Notes: generated by a model from the sequence alone, not told the origin. Shown: positions 46,801 to 56,519, counted from the stretch's first letter. The stretch is DNA of 64,000 bases from Myxococcota bacterium (GCA_036337435.1 JAYZEG010000037.1:64001-128000), one strand, 5' to 3'. Translations and numbers: made by a program.

Positions 46801-47242
46801 TGGTCGGCGCATCGGTTAACCGATAGCGAATTCGACCCAATGGAAACATCTCTTGTTGAGACTGTCGGCCCGCGACAACGTCGTGGAGCTCAAGCTCCCA
46901 CTCAGGTAGGTCAAACATGGGCTTGTATTGCGGCATGTTCCAACAGTGGACCAGAATGGCGACGGCCACTTCAGCACACTGTCCACCATGTCGTGCATTT
47001 CGGTCGCTGGACCAAACGCCTTTCAATGGGAAGCCTTCATCGTCTCCTTGGTAACTCACCATGGACTCGTCGCCGACCCACCAATCGCGGTTGGATTTGC
47101 GACTGAGGGGTACAACGGGAGGCAGTGGCCAGGGCAATAAGCCCGGCTCGCAAGCCCAGTCTAAGCCCAGACGTCGTAAGACGGCTAAAGCTCTGTCTTT
47201 TGTCACTATCGTGCGGTCAGGTTGACGCAACAAACCTGTCAT
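43862..47242 (-). CDS. SNF2/SWI2-family ATP-dependent helicase-like protein
   Basis: LREYQ, LADDMGLGKT, DEAQ.IKN, LTGTPLEN, LRRLK, FSQW, SLRAGG.GLNLT.AD, WWNPAVEDQATDRAHRIGQ. Confidence 0.95.
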   Translation of the reverse strand: MTGLLRQPDRTIVTKDRALAVLRRLGLDWACEPGLLPWPLPPVVPLSRKSNRDWWVGDESMVSYQGDDEGFPLKGVWSSDRNARHGGQCAEVAVAILVHCWNMPQYKPMFDLPEWELELHDVVAGRQSQQEMFPLGRIRYRLTDAPTNRPDALPLERELIRWSRSDGRAMRPRLMTDDGAEIRLDRACINNEDSAIHDLVSLLRQWNRSTVQSAGPKVADFRQRVIARVFDHLLDVDDLWYGEARLRPIRTPFLPTLTAIEEGDEIALSWDPLIIKLYPFGNGFAVCADGTIRPLADSRLLEVSNRLIEGLPRLSVDDVELFVDRVVLASALPCVMDGPRLPEVRDADRITGRIRLYEDESFLCLDLAYVYRLDGEEYEVAAATLNSQHRAKRGIFRRDPHREANLRAEARATLGVALPARIEGDAAYRILLDGLPRLPEGWNVDADRDLLRFKVSGRLATKVSVPSDTDWLDLKVEFSHDGQVIDSLDVLKSWRKGERFHRLDDGTLVHLPMEWLQRHGVVHEELEAIRATNEGRIPHYAAPMLADLIGEADGDVSIWEERMAELEEASSVPDRAQPKGLKAELREYQQAGFRWLAWLKDRSFGGVLADDMGLGKTVQALALLLDEHQAVKGGQSLVVAPTSVIYAWEEEAARFTPDLKVVVYHGSNRPKEPPEDADLIVTSYGLLRYAADAFKRSWRCLVLDEAQRIKNPESHVAKVARGLTAHFRLALTGTPLENRLLELWSILECLMPGFFGPRTAFRRRYSIPIERNRDEDALSRLQRRIRPFILRRLKSEVAQELPPRQEQVLYCELGPEQRRLYERVRNTYRQSVLKKVNETGVGRSTLPVLEALMRLRQACCDPGLLPFPEAEEVKESAKLDLLVNTLDKTIPAGHRTLVFSQWTSLLQRVIPRLEKNNWAYLYLDGRTTKRHELVKKWNDPEGPPVFLISLRAGGAGLNLTGADHVIHLDPWWNPAVEDQATDRAHRIGQTKPVVAYRFVARDTVEEKVIALQDRKRALFDMTVEQGRFPVDQLTREDIESFFDGDARPDDLKDGKMASVTIDVESVSKDQASSILLDHGQPLTPTIVVELTGWPKEEADAWLDDQVTMGNLEAVNHDDGRHFVRAE

Positions 47243-47281
47243 CGTAAAGAACCTCGGGGTGGCATTTGACTCACCACCATA

Positions 47282-49567
47282 TTAATCAGTGTCAAAGAGT
47301 ACTGGCGCGGCCTTAAAAGCACCGCCACTATGGACCAGTATCGTTGTCGGTAAACTCGCCAAAAGGCGATTATAGTCGCGAAAAACTTGTTTCGCATCAT
47401 CTTCTTTATTCGGGAGTCGCATTCCTACGATCGCGAGGTCAGCGTCCCGGCTATATTCAGCCATTAAATCATTGATTGGCATCTTATTGGATAACAAAAC
47501 GACTGGTTCTGCAGTTAATCGCGCACTCTTGAGGTGTTGTTTCAAACGAGCTTGGCCTTGATTGCGATCATTTTCGGAATTGACCACAGTAATGACCTTC
47601 ACCTGAGCATCCCGCCAACGGCGATCAGCTGAGATCAGGTATGCCAAGAGCAACATCATACCACCATTCGCTTGCAGACCTCGCCACCAAATGTGAATTT
47701 CTTTTCGGTGACCGTACTGTTTTTCATGGTCGTAGTTCACCAACATCAAGGTATTTTCCAACAGAACAAGCTCTTTGAGCATACCCAGGTATTCGTCGGC
47801 GCGCTCTTCTTTATGAGACCAACCCAGCATCACTGTGTTGGCTTCAAGGCTGCCAATGCCATAAGACTGGGCGATTGTAACAACCCCCCGATAGACCTCG
47901 GGGACGATATCGACCCGGAAAAACACGTTGGAAAATTCACCCTGAGTGTTTTGTAGGGTTCTCTGTTTTTCTGCCCGTATGGTTGCCAGGTTAGACACAT
48001 CACCTTGCAACATTTCAATATACGATGTGATCCCCTGTTCTTGGACGACTGAGGCTCCCAGTTCCAATAAATGGCTACGACGCGATTTATCTCCACCGAA
48101 AATGAGAAGATTAGGGCGCCAATTCTGATCGTGATAATCGGTTTTGTGCAAATGCTGTAAGGCGGTGCGTACCAAGGCAGCCCATAATCCATGGCGGGCA
48201 TCTCCAAAGGTCACGTTTAAAGCACGTCGTTGAACAAACGTATAGATCAATAAGCAGATAGCAGCGGCGGAAAGCATGGCACCAAAGCTAATGATACTCA
48301 TCACGTAGAAGCAGGCACCAGCCCCTAACAATGGAACCCATGCAGAGATTCTAAACGTAGGGCGAAAGCTGGGATTAGAGGCCCATATTTCGAGACCGCA
48401 AGCCAGGTTGGTAATGCCGTAGGTTGCGAGAAAAAAGATAGTGAGGACCTGAGCGATGGCGTCCAGGGTTCCAAGCATCATACCGATGACAGCGAGTCCG
48501 AAACAAAACCACAGTCCCACGACGGGCTCATTGGCAGGTCCTCGGCCCTGCCCAAGAAACTTGGGGGCGACACCGTCGACGGCCAAAGCCTGCAATGTTC
48601 TCGGTGCCGCCAAGATCGACCCAACTGCACTGGACAAGGTGGCCCCCCAAAGACCGAGAAAAACCAAGGGTTTCCACAAAGCCGAGTCAAACAACACATA
48701 GTTTTGGATACCAGGGGCCGGTGATGTATCCTGAGCCAGCAGGGCAGGTGAAAATTTCATGCCCAGAACAATCGCGATGCCCATGTAAACAATGTAACCG
48801 GCCCCGATAGCCAGAAGTGTTCCTTTGGGAAGAGACCGTCTGGCATCTTTCAAATCTCCAGACATGCTGACACCGGCCATGATTCCCGTCACCGCAGGAA
48901 AAAACACCGCAAAAACCTCACTGAAACTTCGGGCGCCGATCTGTTTTTTGCGTTCATCCGACAAAAACCATTCGATTTCTTCCGGTTGAGCCTCTGAGCT
49001 CGCGAAGACGACAGCGACCAGAGATAGGGCAATGGCTGCCATGACGACGTATTGAACTTTTATCGCAGCCTCAGCACTGCGCATGGCGACCAAACACAGA
49101 AGAAAGCTCACCACAACGGCCCCGATTCGCGGGTCGATGAGAGTCGCGTAGCTAGATTCGATGGCACTGGCCGGAAGAATTTCAACGATCGACTCGCTAA
49201 AACCGACCGCGTAGAAAGCCACACTCAACGCTTGTGCGAAGAAGAGCGGAATGCCAACGGCGGCTCCAGCCGGTGCCCCCAGGGAGCGGCTGATCATATA
49301 GTAGGCTCCACCGGCACCCACCGTCCGATTGGTCGCTATGCTTGAGACGGCGAGGCCTGTGGACAGAGAAATGATGTGGGCCAGAGTGATGACGAGCAGT
49401 GCACCGCCCAATCCAAGATTGCCAACGGTCCAAGGCAACAAGAGATACATGACAACACCAAGAATCGTTAAGATACTCGGCGTAAAGACGCCTCCGAATG
49501 TACCGAGGCGCCTCGCACCGACTGCTGCTGAAGGTGCGTCTAGCTTGTCATTCCCAACGCTGTCCAT
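47282..49567 (-). CDS. Cation-chloride cotransporter (SLC12-like, APC superfamily)
   Basis: GTFGGVFTP..LTILGV, GGAYYMISRSLG, FFPAVTGIMAG..MSGDL, NWRP, large cytoplasmic C-terminal domain. Start moved to ATG 49567. Confidence 0.9.
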   Translation of the reverse strand: MDSVGNDKLDAPSAAVGARRLGTFGGVFTPSILTILGVVMYLLLPWTVGNLGLGGALLVITLAHIISLSTGLAVSSIATNRTVGAGGAYYMISRSLGAPAGAAVGIPLFFAQALSVAFYAVGFSESIVEILPASAIESSYATLIDPRIGAVVVSFLLCLVAMRSAEAAIKVQYVVMAAIALSLVAVVFASSEAQPEEIEWFLSDERKKQIGARSFSEVFAVFFPAVTGIMAGVSMSGDLKDARRSLPKGTLLAIGAGYIVYMGIAIVLGMKFSPALLAQDTSPAPGIQNYVLFDSALWKPLVFLGLWGATLSSAVGSILAAPRTLQALAVDGVAPKFLGQGRGPANEPVVGLWFCFGLAVIGMMLGTLDAIAQVLTIFFLATYGITNLACGLEIWASNPSFRPTFRISAWVPLLGAGACFYVMSIISFGAMLSAAAICLLIYTFVQRRALNVTFGDARHGLWAALVRTALQHLHKTDYHDQNWRPNLLIFGGDKSRRSHLLELGASVVQEQGITSYIEMLQGDVSNLATIRAEKQRTLQNTQGEFSNVFFRVDIVPEVYRGVVTIAQSYGIGSLEANTVMLGWSHKEERADEYLGMLKELVLLENTLMLVNYDHEKQYGHRKEIHIWWRGLQANGGMMLLLAYLISADRRWRDAQVKVITVVNSENDRNQGQARLKQHLKSARLTAEPVVLLSNKMPINDLMAEYSRDADLAIVGMRLPNKEDDAKQVFRDYNRLLASLPTTILVHSGGAFKAAPVLFDTD

Positions 49568-49587
49568 ATTGTCTGAGCCTACGGGGG

Positions 49588-50895
49588 TTAAGATGGAATG
49601 AGCGCGTTTTCGAGCGCCGTGCGGAGTCGGGGTAAGCACGCGTCTATTTCTGCGACGCTGACAGCACCGACGCTGAACCTGACCCACCCTTTATTGGTCG
49701 TGTCACCAAACGCGCTAAAGGGCACAACCGCGCAACCCGCCTTCTCGAGCAGGTAGGTGAGAACCGCGTCTTCATCGGGAAGCCCCGGTCGCCCTTCCAG
49801 ATCGAATCGAACGCTTAAATAAATGGCACCTTGTGGTGGGATAACATCGATTGGTAAACCGTCTTTCTTCCATGCTGAAAACGCCCCATAGAGCCGGTCT
49901 AATCGATCACGAATTCCAAGTTTAAAGTTCCTGAGATAGTCGGCGATCGCGTCCTTTTCCAGTAGGAAGGCAGCCGTCCCTATCTGCTCAGGCCTGGGTG
50001 CCCATGCCCCCATGTGAGTCATCAAGGCTTTGATCCGTGCAGCGATAAATGGAGGACCACACAACCAGCCTACACGCAACCCCGTTCCAGCAAATCCCTT
50101 TGAAACAGCATCGGTGAACAAGGTGTAGCGTGCCATTTCAGGCGCCACTTGAACCGGTGTGACATGCTGGTTATCGCCGAAAGTCAGCATCCGATAAACC
50201 TGGTCATAAATGACATAGAGCAAACGCGAACCAGTCTGGAGCCGTCGTTGATTTTCCGCCACGATCAGGTCCGTGATCTCCCGCATACCGTCGACGGTCA
50301 TCATGGTTCCAGCCGGATTCATAGGAGAGCAGAGGACCAAAAGTCGAGCGTCTTTAATGTAGGGTCTGAGCGCATCGGCTGTTGGCATAAAACCATCGGC
50401 CGCTTGGGTCGGTACATTGATGTGTCGCGCGCCAACCAGATGACAGAAATTTTTGTTATTCCAACTGGGTGCCGGTGTCAGAACAACTTCCCCTGGGTTT
50501 AGCAAACATCGATAGGCAGCATAGAGAATTGGGCGAGCCCCCGACCCGACAATGAATGCACTCTCAGGGTACTCCAACCCAAGACTGTCCTTGTAATGTT
50601 GCCGAAGCGCAGCACGTAATTCCGGCGTGCCATGGGCCGGCGGATAATTGGTCTGATTGTCCACCAATGCATCCACGATGTGCTGTTGCATTCGACCAGG
50701 AATCTGAAATTGACTGGGCTTGAAATCTCCGACGGTGAAATTCGCCACGTCTGCACCGGCTTCGATCCGCGCCCGGACCGCATAGGCAATGACCAGAATT
50801 CTGCTCGATGCCATACCCAAGGCCATATCAGAAAAGCTCGCCTCTTCAACCCCATGAGGCTGAGCTGCATCTTCAAAATATCCATCCAGATTCAT
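49588..50895 (-). CDS. Class I/II PLP-dependent aminotransferase
   Basis: SP.NP.G, YDQVY, SKGFAGTGLRVGW, VRFS. Confidence 0.92.
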   Translation of the reverse strand: MNLDGYFEDAAQPHGVEEASFSDMALGMASSRILVIAYAVRARIEAGADVANFTVGDFKPSQFQIPGRMQQHIVDALVDNQTNYPPAHGTPELRAALRQHYKDSLGLEYPESAFIVGSGARPILYAAYRCLLNPGEVVLTPAPSWNNKNFCHLVGARHINVPTQAADGFMPTADALRPYIKDARLLVLCSPMNPAGTMMTVDGMREITDLIVAENQRRLQTGSRLLYVIYDQVYRMLTFGDNQHVTPVQVAPEMARYTLFTDAVSKGFAGTGLRVGWLCGPPFIAARIKALMTHMGAWAPRPEQIGTAAFLLEKDAIADYLRNFKLGIRDRLDRLYGAFSAWKKDGLPIDVIPPQGAIYLSVRFDLEGRPGLPDEDAVLTYLLEKAGCAVVPFSAFGDTTNKGWVRFSVGAVSVAEIDACLPRLRTALENALIPS

Positions 50896-50910
50896 CTAGA
50901 AAACTCCAAA

Positions 50911-51840
50911 TCAGATGTCGAAAGCACGATGGGCCATATAACTCGAACGCACCATCGGGCCCGCTTCGACATGCAGGAAGCCCATCGCTTCTCCGACTGC
51001 AGCCAACCTATCAAAGGTGTCGGGCGCAACCCACCGCTCGACAGCCAAGTGCCTCGTGGTCGGTGACAAATACTGACCTAAACTCAAAATTTCGCAGCCG
51101 ACGTCCCGAAGGTCATACATGACAGCTTCAACTTCTTCGTCCGTTTCCCCCAACCCCAGCATGAGGCCTGTTTTGCTCACAGACGGACTGTCTGCAATCT
51201 GCTGGATGACATCGAGGCTGCGTTGATAAATTGCGTTCGGTCGCACTCGACGGTAGAGGCGAGGCACCGTTTCTGTATTGTGTGCGACAACATCAGGTTT
51301 GGCGTCCAAAACAGTTTGTAGGTCGTCCCGGTCACCAAGAAAATCTGGGACCAAGAGCTCTATTCGAGTTTTGGGCGACGTGGCCTGAATCGACCGGACG
51401 GTTTCGGCAAAATGCCCCGCACCTCCATCGGGCAGTTCATCGCGGTTGACGCTGGTGATCACCGCGTGTTTTACGCCGAGTCGATGAATCGCCAATGCTG
51501 TGTTCGTAGGCTCGTCTTTATCCAATGCATTGGGTTTGCCCTTAGTGACAGCGCAAAAGCCACAGCGGCGCGTGCAGATCTCTCCCATCAACATGAACGT
51601 CGCCGTGCCAGCTGACCAACACTCATCGATGTTGGGACACCGCGCTTCTTCACATACAGTGACAAGATTTAAGTCGGTTTTGAGGCTCTCAACGCTAGAA
51701 AAGGTCTGATTTCGACGATACTTGACCTTGAGCCAGTCAGGTCTGGGACCTGGCTCGCGCTTTCGCGTCGGTTTCTCGATGTGGAGTCGAGGTGTGGGCT
51801 TCTCGGCTGTGGGATCGTCAATCTGGACGAGTTCGCTCAT
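50911..51840 (-). CDS. lipA: Lipoyl synthase
   Basis: CEEARCPNIDEC, CTRRCGFC, RSSY. Confidence 0.97.
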   Translation of the reverse strand: MSELVQIDDPTAEKPTPRLHIEKPTRKREPGPRPDWLKVKYRRNQTFSSVESLKTDLNLVTVCEEARCPNIDECWSAGTATFMLMGEICTRRCGFCAVTKGKPNALDKDEPTNTALAIHRLGVKHAVITSVNRDELPDGGAGHFAETVRSIQATSPKTRIELLVPDFLGDRDDLQTVLDAKPDVVAHNTETVPRLYRRVRPNAIYQRSLDVIQQIADSPSVSKTGLMLGLGETDEEVEAVMYDLRDVGCEILSLGQYLSPTTRHLAVERWVAPDTFDRLAAVGEAMGFLHVEAGPMVRSSYMAHRAFDI

Positions 51841-52508
51841 ACCAAGCTCTCCTTTGGACCAGTGATTATACGATCAAATTCCGAGGCAAATTGTTTCATG
51901 ACAACAGTCATTACATCGGAGATGGAAACTTTTTCCCCTAATTCAAGGGCCATGCTGGTCACGCCTTTATCCCGAATTCCGCAAGGAATAATCAAATCAA
52001 AGAAGGACAAGTCCGTATTCACGTTCAATGCAAACCCATGGTGGGTGACCCACCGGCTAACCCTCGCCCCAATTGCACCGATCTTTCGATCAGGATCTGG
52101 TAGCCAAACGCCCGGCGTGTCGACACGCCCCTCAGCGTCCAGTCCAAAATGTGCGAGCGTCCCTATCATCACCGCCTCAATGCTCCGCACGTAGCGTCGG
52201 ATATCTTTCCGATCTGGTCTCAGGTCTATAATTGGGTAACCAACGAGCTGGCCCGGACCATGGAATGTCGCATCACCGCCTCGGTCGCTTTCGACTAAAT
52301 CAACCCCAAGGGTCTCAAGCAAGACCGGCGAGGCTAAGAGACTCGCCTGCCCAGTATTGCGACCAAGCGTAATTACAGGGTCATGCTCAAGTAACAATAA
52401 GGTGTCTTCAATCAGGCCTTGCTTCCGCTGTTCAGCAAGGTCTTTCTGCAATGCTAGACCCTCTCGGTAGGGCGTACGCTCCAGGCACCGTACGACAAGA
52501 TGCCGCAT
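51837..52508 (-). CDS. lipB: Lipoyl(octanoyl) transferase
   Basis: LEHDPVITLG, RGGDATFHGPGQLVGYP, KIGAIG, HGFALN, IPCG. Confidence 0.96.
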   Translation of the reverse strand: MRHLVVRCLERTPYREGLALQKDLAEQRKQGLIEDTLLLLEHDPVITLGRNTGQASLLASPVLLETLGVDLVESDRGGDATFHGPGQLVGYPIIDLRPDRKDIRRYVRSIEAVMIGTLAHFGLDAEGRVDTPGVWLPDPDRKIGAIGARVSRWVTHHGFALNVNTDLSFFDLIIPCGIRDKGVTSMALELGEKVSISDVMTVVMKQFASEFDRIITGPKESLV

Positions 52509-52514
52509 CGCCGG

Positions 52515-53831
52515 TTACATCGCTGATTCGTCAAAATTCTCAAGCGTGTGCTTGATGTCACTGACGAATTGGTCGGCAACCGCACCATCGATCACTCGAT
52601 GGTCAAAGCCAAGAGTCACATAGCCACACGTCTTGATGGCGATGGTGTCGGTCCCATCGGCCAACGTGACCACTTTGGGTCGCTTCTCAATGGTTCCAAC
52701 ACCCAGAATTGCAACCGATGGCTGCGGAATGATAGGCGTGCCCCATTGAGAACCAAAAACACCAGGGTTTGTGATGGAAAAGGTCAAACCGCTGACTTCG
52801 TCTGGTGCCAACTTTTTAGTCCGTGCACGTTCGCCCTTATCGGCAATGTGCTTGGATAAAGCCAGCATGGAGTAATCGTCGGCAGACTTAATGACTGGCA
52901 CGATCAGACCCCAATCCAGCGCGACAGCGATGCCCAGGTTAATGTCCCCTCGGTAGATGACGTTCTCCCCATCATGAGCCGCATTAACAATGGGATGTCG
53001 CCCGAGGGCATTGACCACCGCCTTTGCAAGGAATGTCGTAAACGTCAACCGCCCGCCACGATCGGCGTAAGAGCTCTTGTATTTACGTCTGAGGCCATCG
53101 ACCCGCGTATAATCGATTTCGAAGCAGGTATGAACATGGGCGCTGTACGCTTTGGATTCGATCATCCGATCGCTGATCACACGGCGCATTTTACTCATGG
53201 GTTCGATGCGGTCGTTGCCGTAGAGAGACACCGGACTCATGGGAATTCCGACCTGAATACCAGACCCACTTGACGCAGCAGCCACCGGGGCCGATGAAAC
53301 CGCAGCCGGTGCCGCACTGGCGCCACCCGCATCAATAAATGCAAGGATGTCTTTCTTGGTTACTCGTCCGTCTAGACCACTGCCTGATATCTGCGCGATA
53401 TCGATCCCATGCTCCTGGGCGATCTTACGAACGACGGGGGTGCTTTTGGTTCGTCTCAGGTCAGCCGCTGACTGTCCGGCCGCACTCTGGGCTACTGCCG
53501 GGGCCGGACCTGCTGCCGGTTCCACAGCCGCCTCTTGCGGGGCTGGGGCGGCATCCGCACTCGACGCAGCACTGGGCGCCGGCGCGCTCTCTCCCGCCTC
53601 ACCAATCACGGCGACAAGCGTGCCAACCTCAACGGTCTCTCCTGCGTCCACCTTGATTTCGAGAAGCACGCCACCTTCGGGTGCGGGAATCTCTGCATCG
53701 ACTTTGTCGGTGGTGATCTCAAAGATTGGTTCGTCGCGGTCGACGCTTTCACCGACGGCCTTCAACCATCGGACAATTGTACCTTCCGCGACAGATTCGC
53801 CCATTTGGGGCATAATTACGTTATGGGCCAT
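52515..53831 (-). CDS. 2-oxoacid dehydrogenase E2 (dihydrolipoamide acyltransferase)
   Basis: Single lipoyl domain TDKV, Ala/Pro linker, PSBD (GSG..GRVTKKD), catalytic DHRVIDG. Confidence 0.95.
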   Translation of the reverse strand: MAHNVIMPQMGESVAEGTIVRWLKAVGESVDRDEPIFEITTDKVDAEIPAPEGGVLLEIKVDAGETVEVGTLVAVIGEAGESAPAPSAASSADAAPAPQEAAVEPAAGPAPAVAQSAAGQSAADLRRTKSTPVVRKIAQEHGIDIAQISGSGLDGRVTKKDILAFIDAGGASAAPAAVSSAPVAAASSGSGIQVGIPMSPVSLYGNDRIEPMSKMRRVISDRMIESKAYSAHVHTCFEIDYTRVDGLRRKYKSSYADRGGRLTFTTFLAKAVVNALGRHPIVNAAHDGENVIYRGDINLGIAVALDWGLIVPVIKSADDYSMLALSKHIADKGERARTKKLAPDEVSGLTFSITNPGVFGSQWGTPIIPQPSVAILGVGTIEKRPKVVTLADGTDTIAIKTCGYVTLGFDHRVIDGAVADQFVSDIKHTLENFDESAM

Positions 53832-53861
53832 GTCATCCTCACTGGTGACACCGGGAACTGC

Positions 53862-54845
53862 CTAGTAGGCGGCAAGTTCTCGGGCTGTTTTCACGATATC
53901 CCCAACCTGGGGAAGAAACGCTTTTTCTAATTCCTTGTTGTACGGCACCGGAGTATCCGCCGCCGTGACCCTCAACACTGGTGCATCGAGCCACTCAAAA
54001 ACATTCTCATTAATTCGACTTGTCAACTCGCCTGCCAAACCAGCTGTGCGAGTATCCTCGTGCGCGATCAGTACCTTACCGCACTCTTTGACAGCTGCAA
54101 GAACCATCTCATCATCGAGCGGCTGAAGGGTTCTCAAATCAAGAATTCGAGTCCTTACTCCATCCTGACTCAAAACCTCGGCCGCTTCGATACATTTGTG
54201 TACCATAGCACCGTAAGAAATGATGACCAAATCGTCACCAGGACGACGAATGGCCGCGCGACCCAATTGGCCGATGACACTCTTATCTGGCAGTGTCTCC
54301 CTCAAAGCAGGCTGTCGGTAAAGTGCTTTATGCTCGATGAATAGGACTGGGTTCGGGTCGCGGATGGCAGCCTTCAAAAGAATCTTCGCATCCGTGGGTG
54401 TGCTGGGGGCGACCACCTTAATGCCCGGCGTTTTGATGAAGTACATTTCTATGCTCTGACTGTGGAATGGCCCACCACCAACGCCGCCGCCACCAGGTCC
54501 GCGGACGACGATTGGAATTTCAGCTCCCCAGCGGTAATGGCATTTGGCAGCAAAGTTGGTCAGTTGGTCAAACCCACACGACAGAAAATCGAGGAACTGA
54601 ATCTCCACGACCGGCCGTAAGCCGGTCAGGGCTGCACCGATAGCCGCACCGATAATACCAGCCTCCGCGATGGGTGTGTCGATAATGCGGTCTTCGCCGA
54701 AATGATCGCGGAAGCCATCGGTCACCTTGAACGCGCCTCCGTAAGCACCGATGTCTTCTCCCATGAGGAAAACCCGGTCATCGACCGTGAGTTCCTCGTG
54801 GAGTGCCTCACGGACGGCTTCAATATAGGTGGCACCTGAAGGCAT
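53862..54845 (-). CDS. 2-oxoacid dehydrogenase E1 beta subunit
   Basis: GEDIG..GG.F, DTPIAE, EIQF.DF, HSQ, DLRTL.PLD. Confidence 0.95.
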   Translation of the reverse strand: MPSGATYIEAVREALHEELTVDDRVFLMGEDIGAYGGAFKVTDGFRDHFGEDRIIDTPIAEAGIIGAAIGAALTGLRPVVEIQFLDFLSCGFDQLTNFAAKCHYRWGAEIPIVVRGPGGGGVGGGPFHSQSIEMYFIKTPGIKVVAPSTPTDAKILLKAAIRDPNPVLFIEHKALYRQPALRETLPDKSVIGQLGRAAIRRPGDDLVIISYGAMVHKCIEAAEVLSQDGVRTRILDLRTLQPLDDEMVLAAVKECGKVLIAHEDTRTAGLAGELTSRINENVFEWLDAPVLRVTAADTPVPYNKELEKAFLPQVGDIVKTARELAAY

Positions 54846-54860
54846 TGCGTCTGCGTCCGA

Positions 54861-56264
54861 TCACATGTGAATCGCGTGGCCAAGCGTCGCATGCGCTGCC
54901 TCACCAATCGCTTCGGCCAACGTCGGATGTGCATGGATGGAACGCGCGAGCTCTTCGACGGTACACTCGAGTCTAAGCATCGGCACCGCTTCGGCGATCA
55001 ATTCAGTCGCGTGCGGTCCAATGATGTGAACACCCAGAATTTCGTCATATTTCTCGTCTGCAACGATTTTAACGAAGCCTGTCGTATCGTTGATGACTTT
55101 TGCCTTGCCAACGGCTGTGAATGGGAACTTCCCGACCTTGAGCGTGTACCCTTGGTCCTTAGCTTGAGTTTCTGTCAGACCGACGGAGCCAACCTCCGGG
55201 TTTGAATAGGTGCAATTAGGACAATGGGTATAGTTGATAGGCTGCGGGTCGAGTCCAGCCAAGTGTTCTACGGCAACAATGGCTTCGTGACTGGCTGCAT
55301 GAGCAAGTTGCGGCGTTCCCGACACGATGTCGCCGATGGCGTAAATCCCCGGCTCATCTGTTCGACCGTATTCATCGGTCTTCAAAAAGCCCCTATCGGA
55401 TTTGATTTTCGTCTTTTCTAAGCCGAGGCCTTCGGTAACAGGCCGACGTCCGATAGCCACAAGACAGTGACTCACTCTGACGTTGGTTTGCTTGCCACCG
55501 GGCTCCTCGAAGGACGCCTTTACCTTCTCACCATCCATCTCAAGCCCAAGGCATTTGGTTCCCGTCTTGACCTTAATCCCTCGTCTTTTAAATGCCTTTG
55601 CGAATTCAGCTGAGACCTCTTCGTCTTCTAGGGGAACGAGGCGATCCTGTAGTTCGACGATGGTCACATCGGCACCGAAGCTCCTGTACACACTGGCGAA
55701 TTCAACACCGACAGCCCCAGCACCGAGAACCAGCAGGTGTTTTGGAATCTCCACGAGTTCCAAGAGTTCGTCACTGGTCAAGATCCGCTCACCGTCAACA
55801 TCAAAACCAGGAAAATGCCGAACGGCTGACCCAGTCGCCAAAACGATATGCTTTGCACTCAATTCCGTGACGCCATCGTCGGCGGTGACCGACACTTTAC
55901 CGCCGCCCTTCAAAGCACCAAACCCGCGATAGGTCGTCACCTTATTTTTCTTCAACAGAAAAGCAACACCGCCGGCATTGGCTTTGATCACGCGGTCTTT
56001 GCGTTTGAGCACCTTGCCGATATCAATACTGACATCCCCAAGGTTGACGCCAAAATCGTCTGCATGTCTGGCATGGTCAGCAAGCGATGCTGACTCCAGC
56101 ATACTCTTTGTTGGAATGCAGCCTCGCAGTAGGCAAGTGCCACCAAATCGATCGTCTTTTTCGACAATCGCTGTCTTTAAACCGAGCTGACCGGCACGTA
56201 TCGCAGCGACGTAGCCGCCGGGTCCGCTGCCGATCACAACAACGTCGTAGGTTGTGGTCATCAT
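54861..56264 (-). CDS. lpdA: Dihydrolipoamide dehydrogenase (E3)
   Basis: GSGPGGY, GGTCLLRGCIPTK, GAGAVGVE, HAHPTLAE. Start is 56264 or 56261. Confidence 0.97.
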   Translation of the reverse strand: MMTTTYDVVVIGSGPGGYVAAIRAGQLGLKTAIVEKDDRFGGTCLLRGCIPTKSMLESASLADHARHADDFGVNLGDVSIDIGKVLKRKDRVIKANAGGVAFLLKKNKVTTYRGFGALKGGGKVSVTADDGVTELSAKHIVLATGSAVRHFPGFDVDGERILTSDELLELVEIPKHLLVLGAGAVGVEFASVYRSFGADVTIVELQDRLVPLEDEEVSAEFAKAFKRRGIKVKTGTKCLGLEMDGEKVKASFEEPGGKQTNVRVSHCLVAIGRRPVTEGLGLEKTKIKSDRGFLKTDEYGRTDEPGIYAIGDIVSGTPQLAHAASHEAIVAVEHLAGLDPQPINYTHCPNCTYSNPEVGSVGLTETQAKDQGYTLKVGKFPFTAVGKAKVINDTTGFVKIVADEKYDEILGVHIIGPHATELIAEAVPMLRLECTVEELARSIHAHPTLAEAIGEAAHATLGHAIHM

Positions 56265-56519
56265 TAACCTCGTTAGAGCTATCCCTTGAAAAGCCGTTCG
56301 TACTACGTTGGCCAAGGATTATCAAGCTGAGTCTACCTTGGACGGAGTGGCCCAGAGAAATGTTACAACGATGTCAAATATGATGGAGTAAGAGCAGGGC
56401 CAATGCGTCCACCAGCTATCCAGCTCCCTGTAAGATCGTCCATGTCGAGATCCCTTGACGAGGACGTCTGTCCCGCCTATTGGAAAGACTGAGGTAATCC
56501 GTTTCTGAAGGTCGATAAG

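Noticed and set aside
40754..47242. HD protein plus SNF2 helicase as an anti-phage defence system
   Set aside because: They are separated by housekeeping genes (yqeY, rpoH, bolA, grxD), with no nuclease, methylase or mobile-element context.
53347..53865. Long antisense ORFs here and elsewhere (e.g. 30069-30710, 30382-30954, 7697-8191)
   Set aside because: They are shadows of well-supported genes on the opposite strand and have no motifs of their own.
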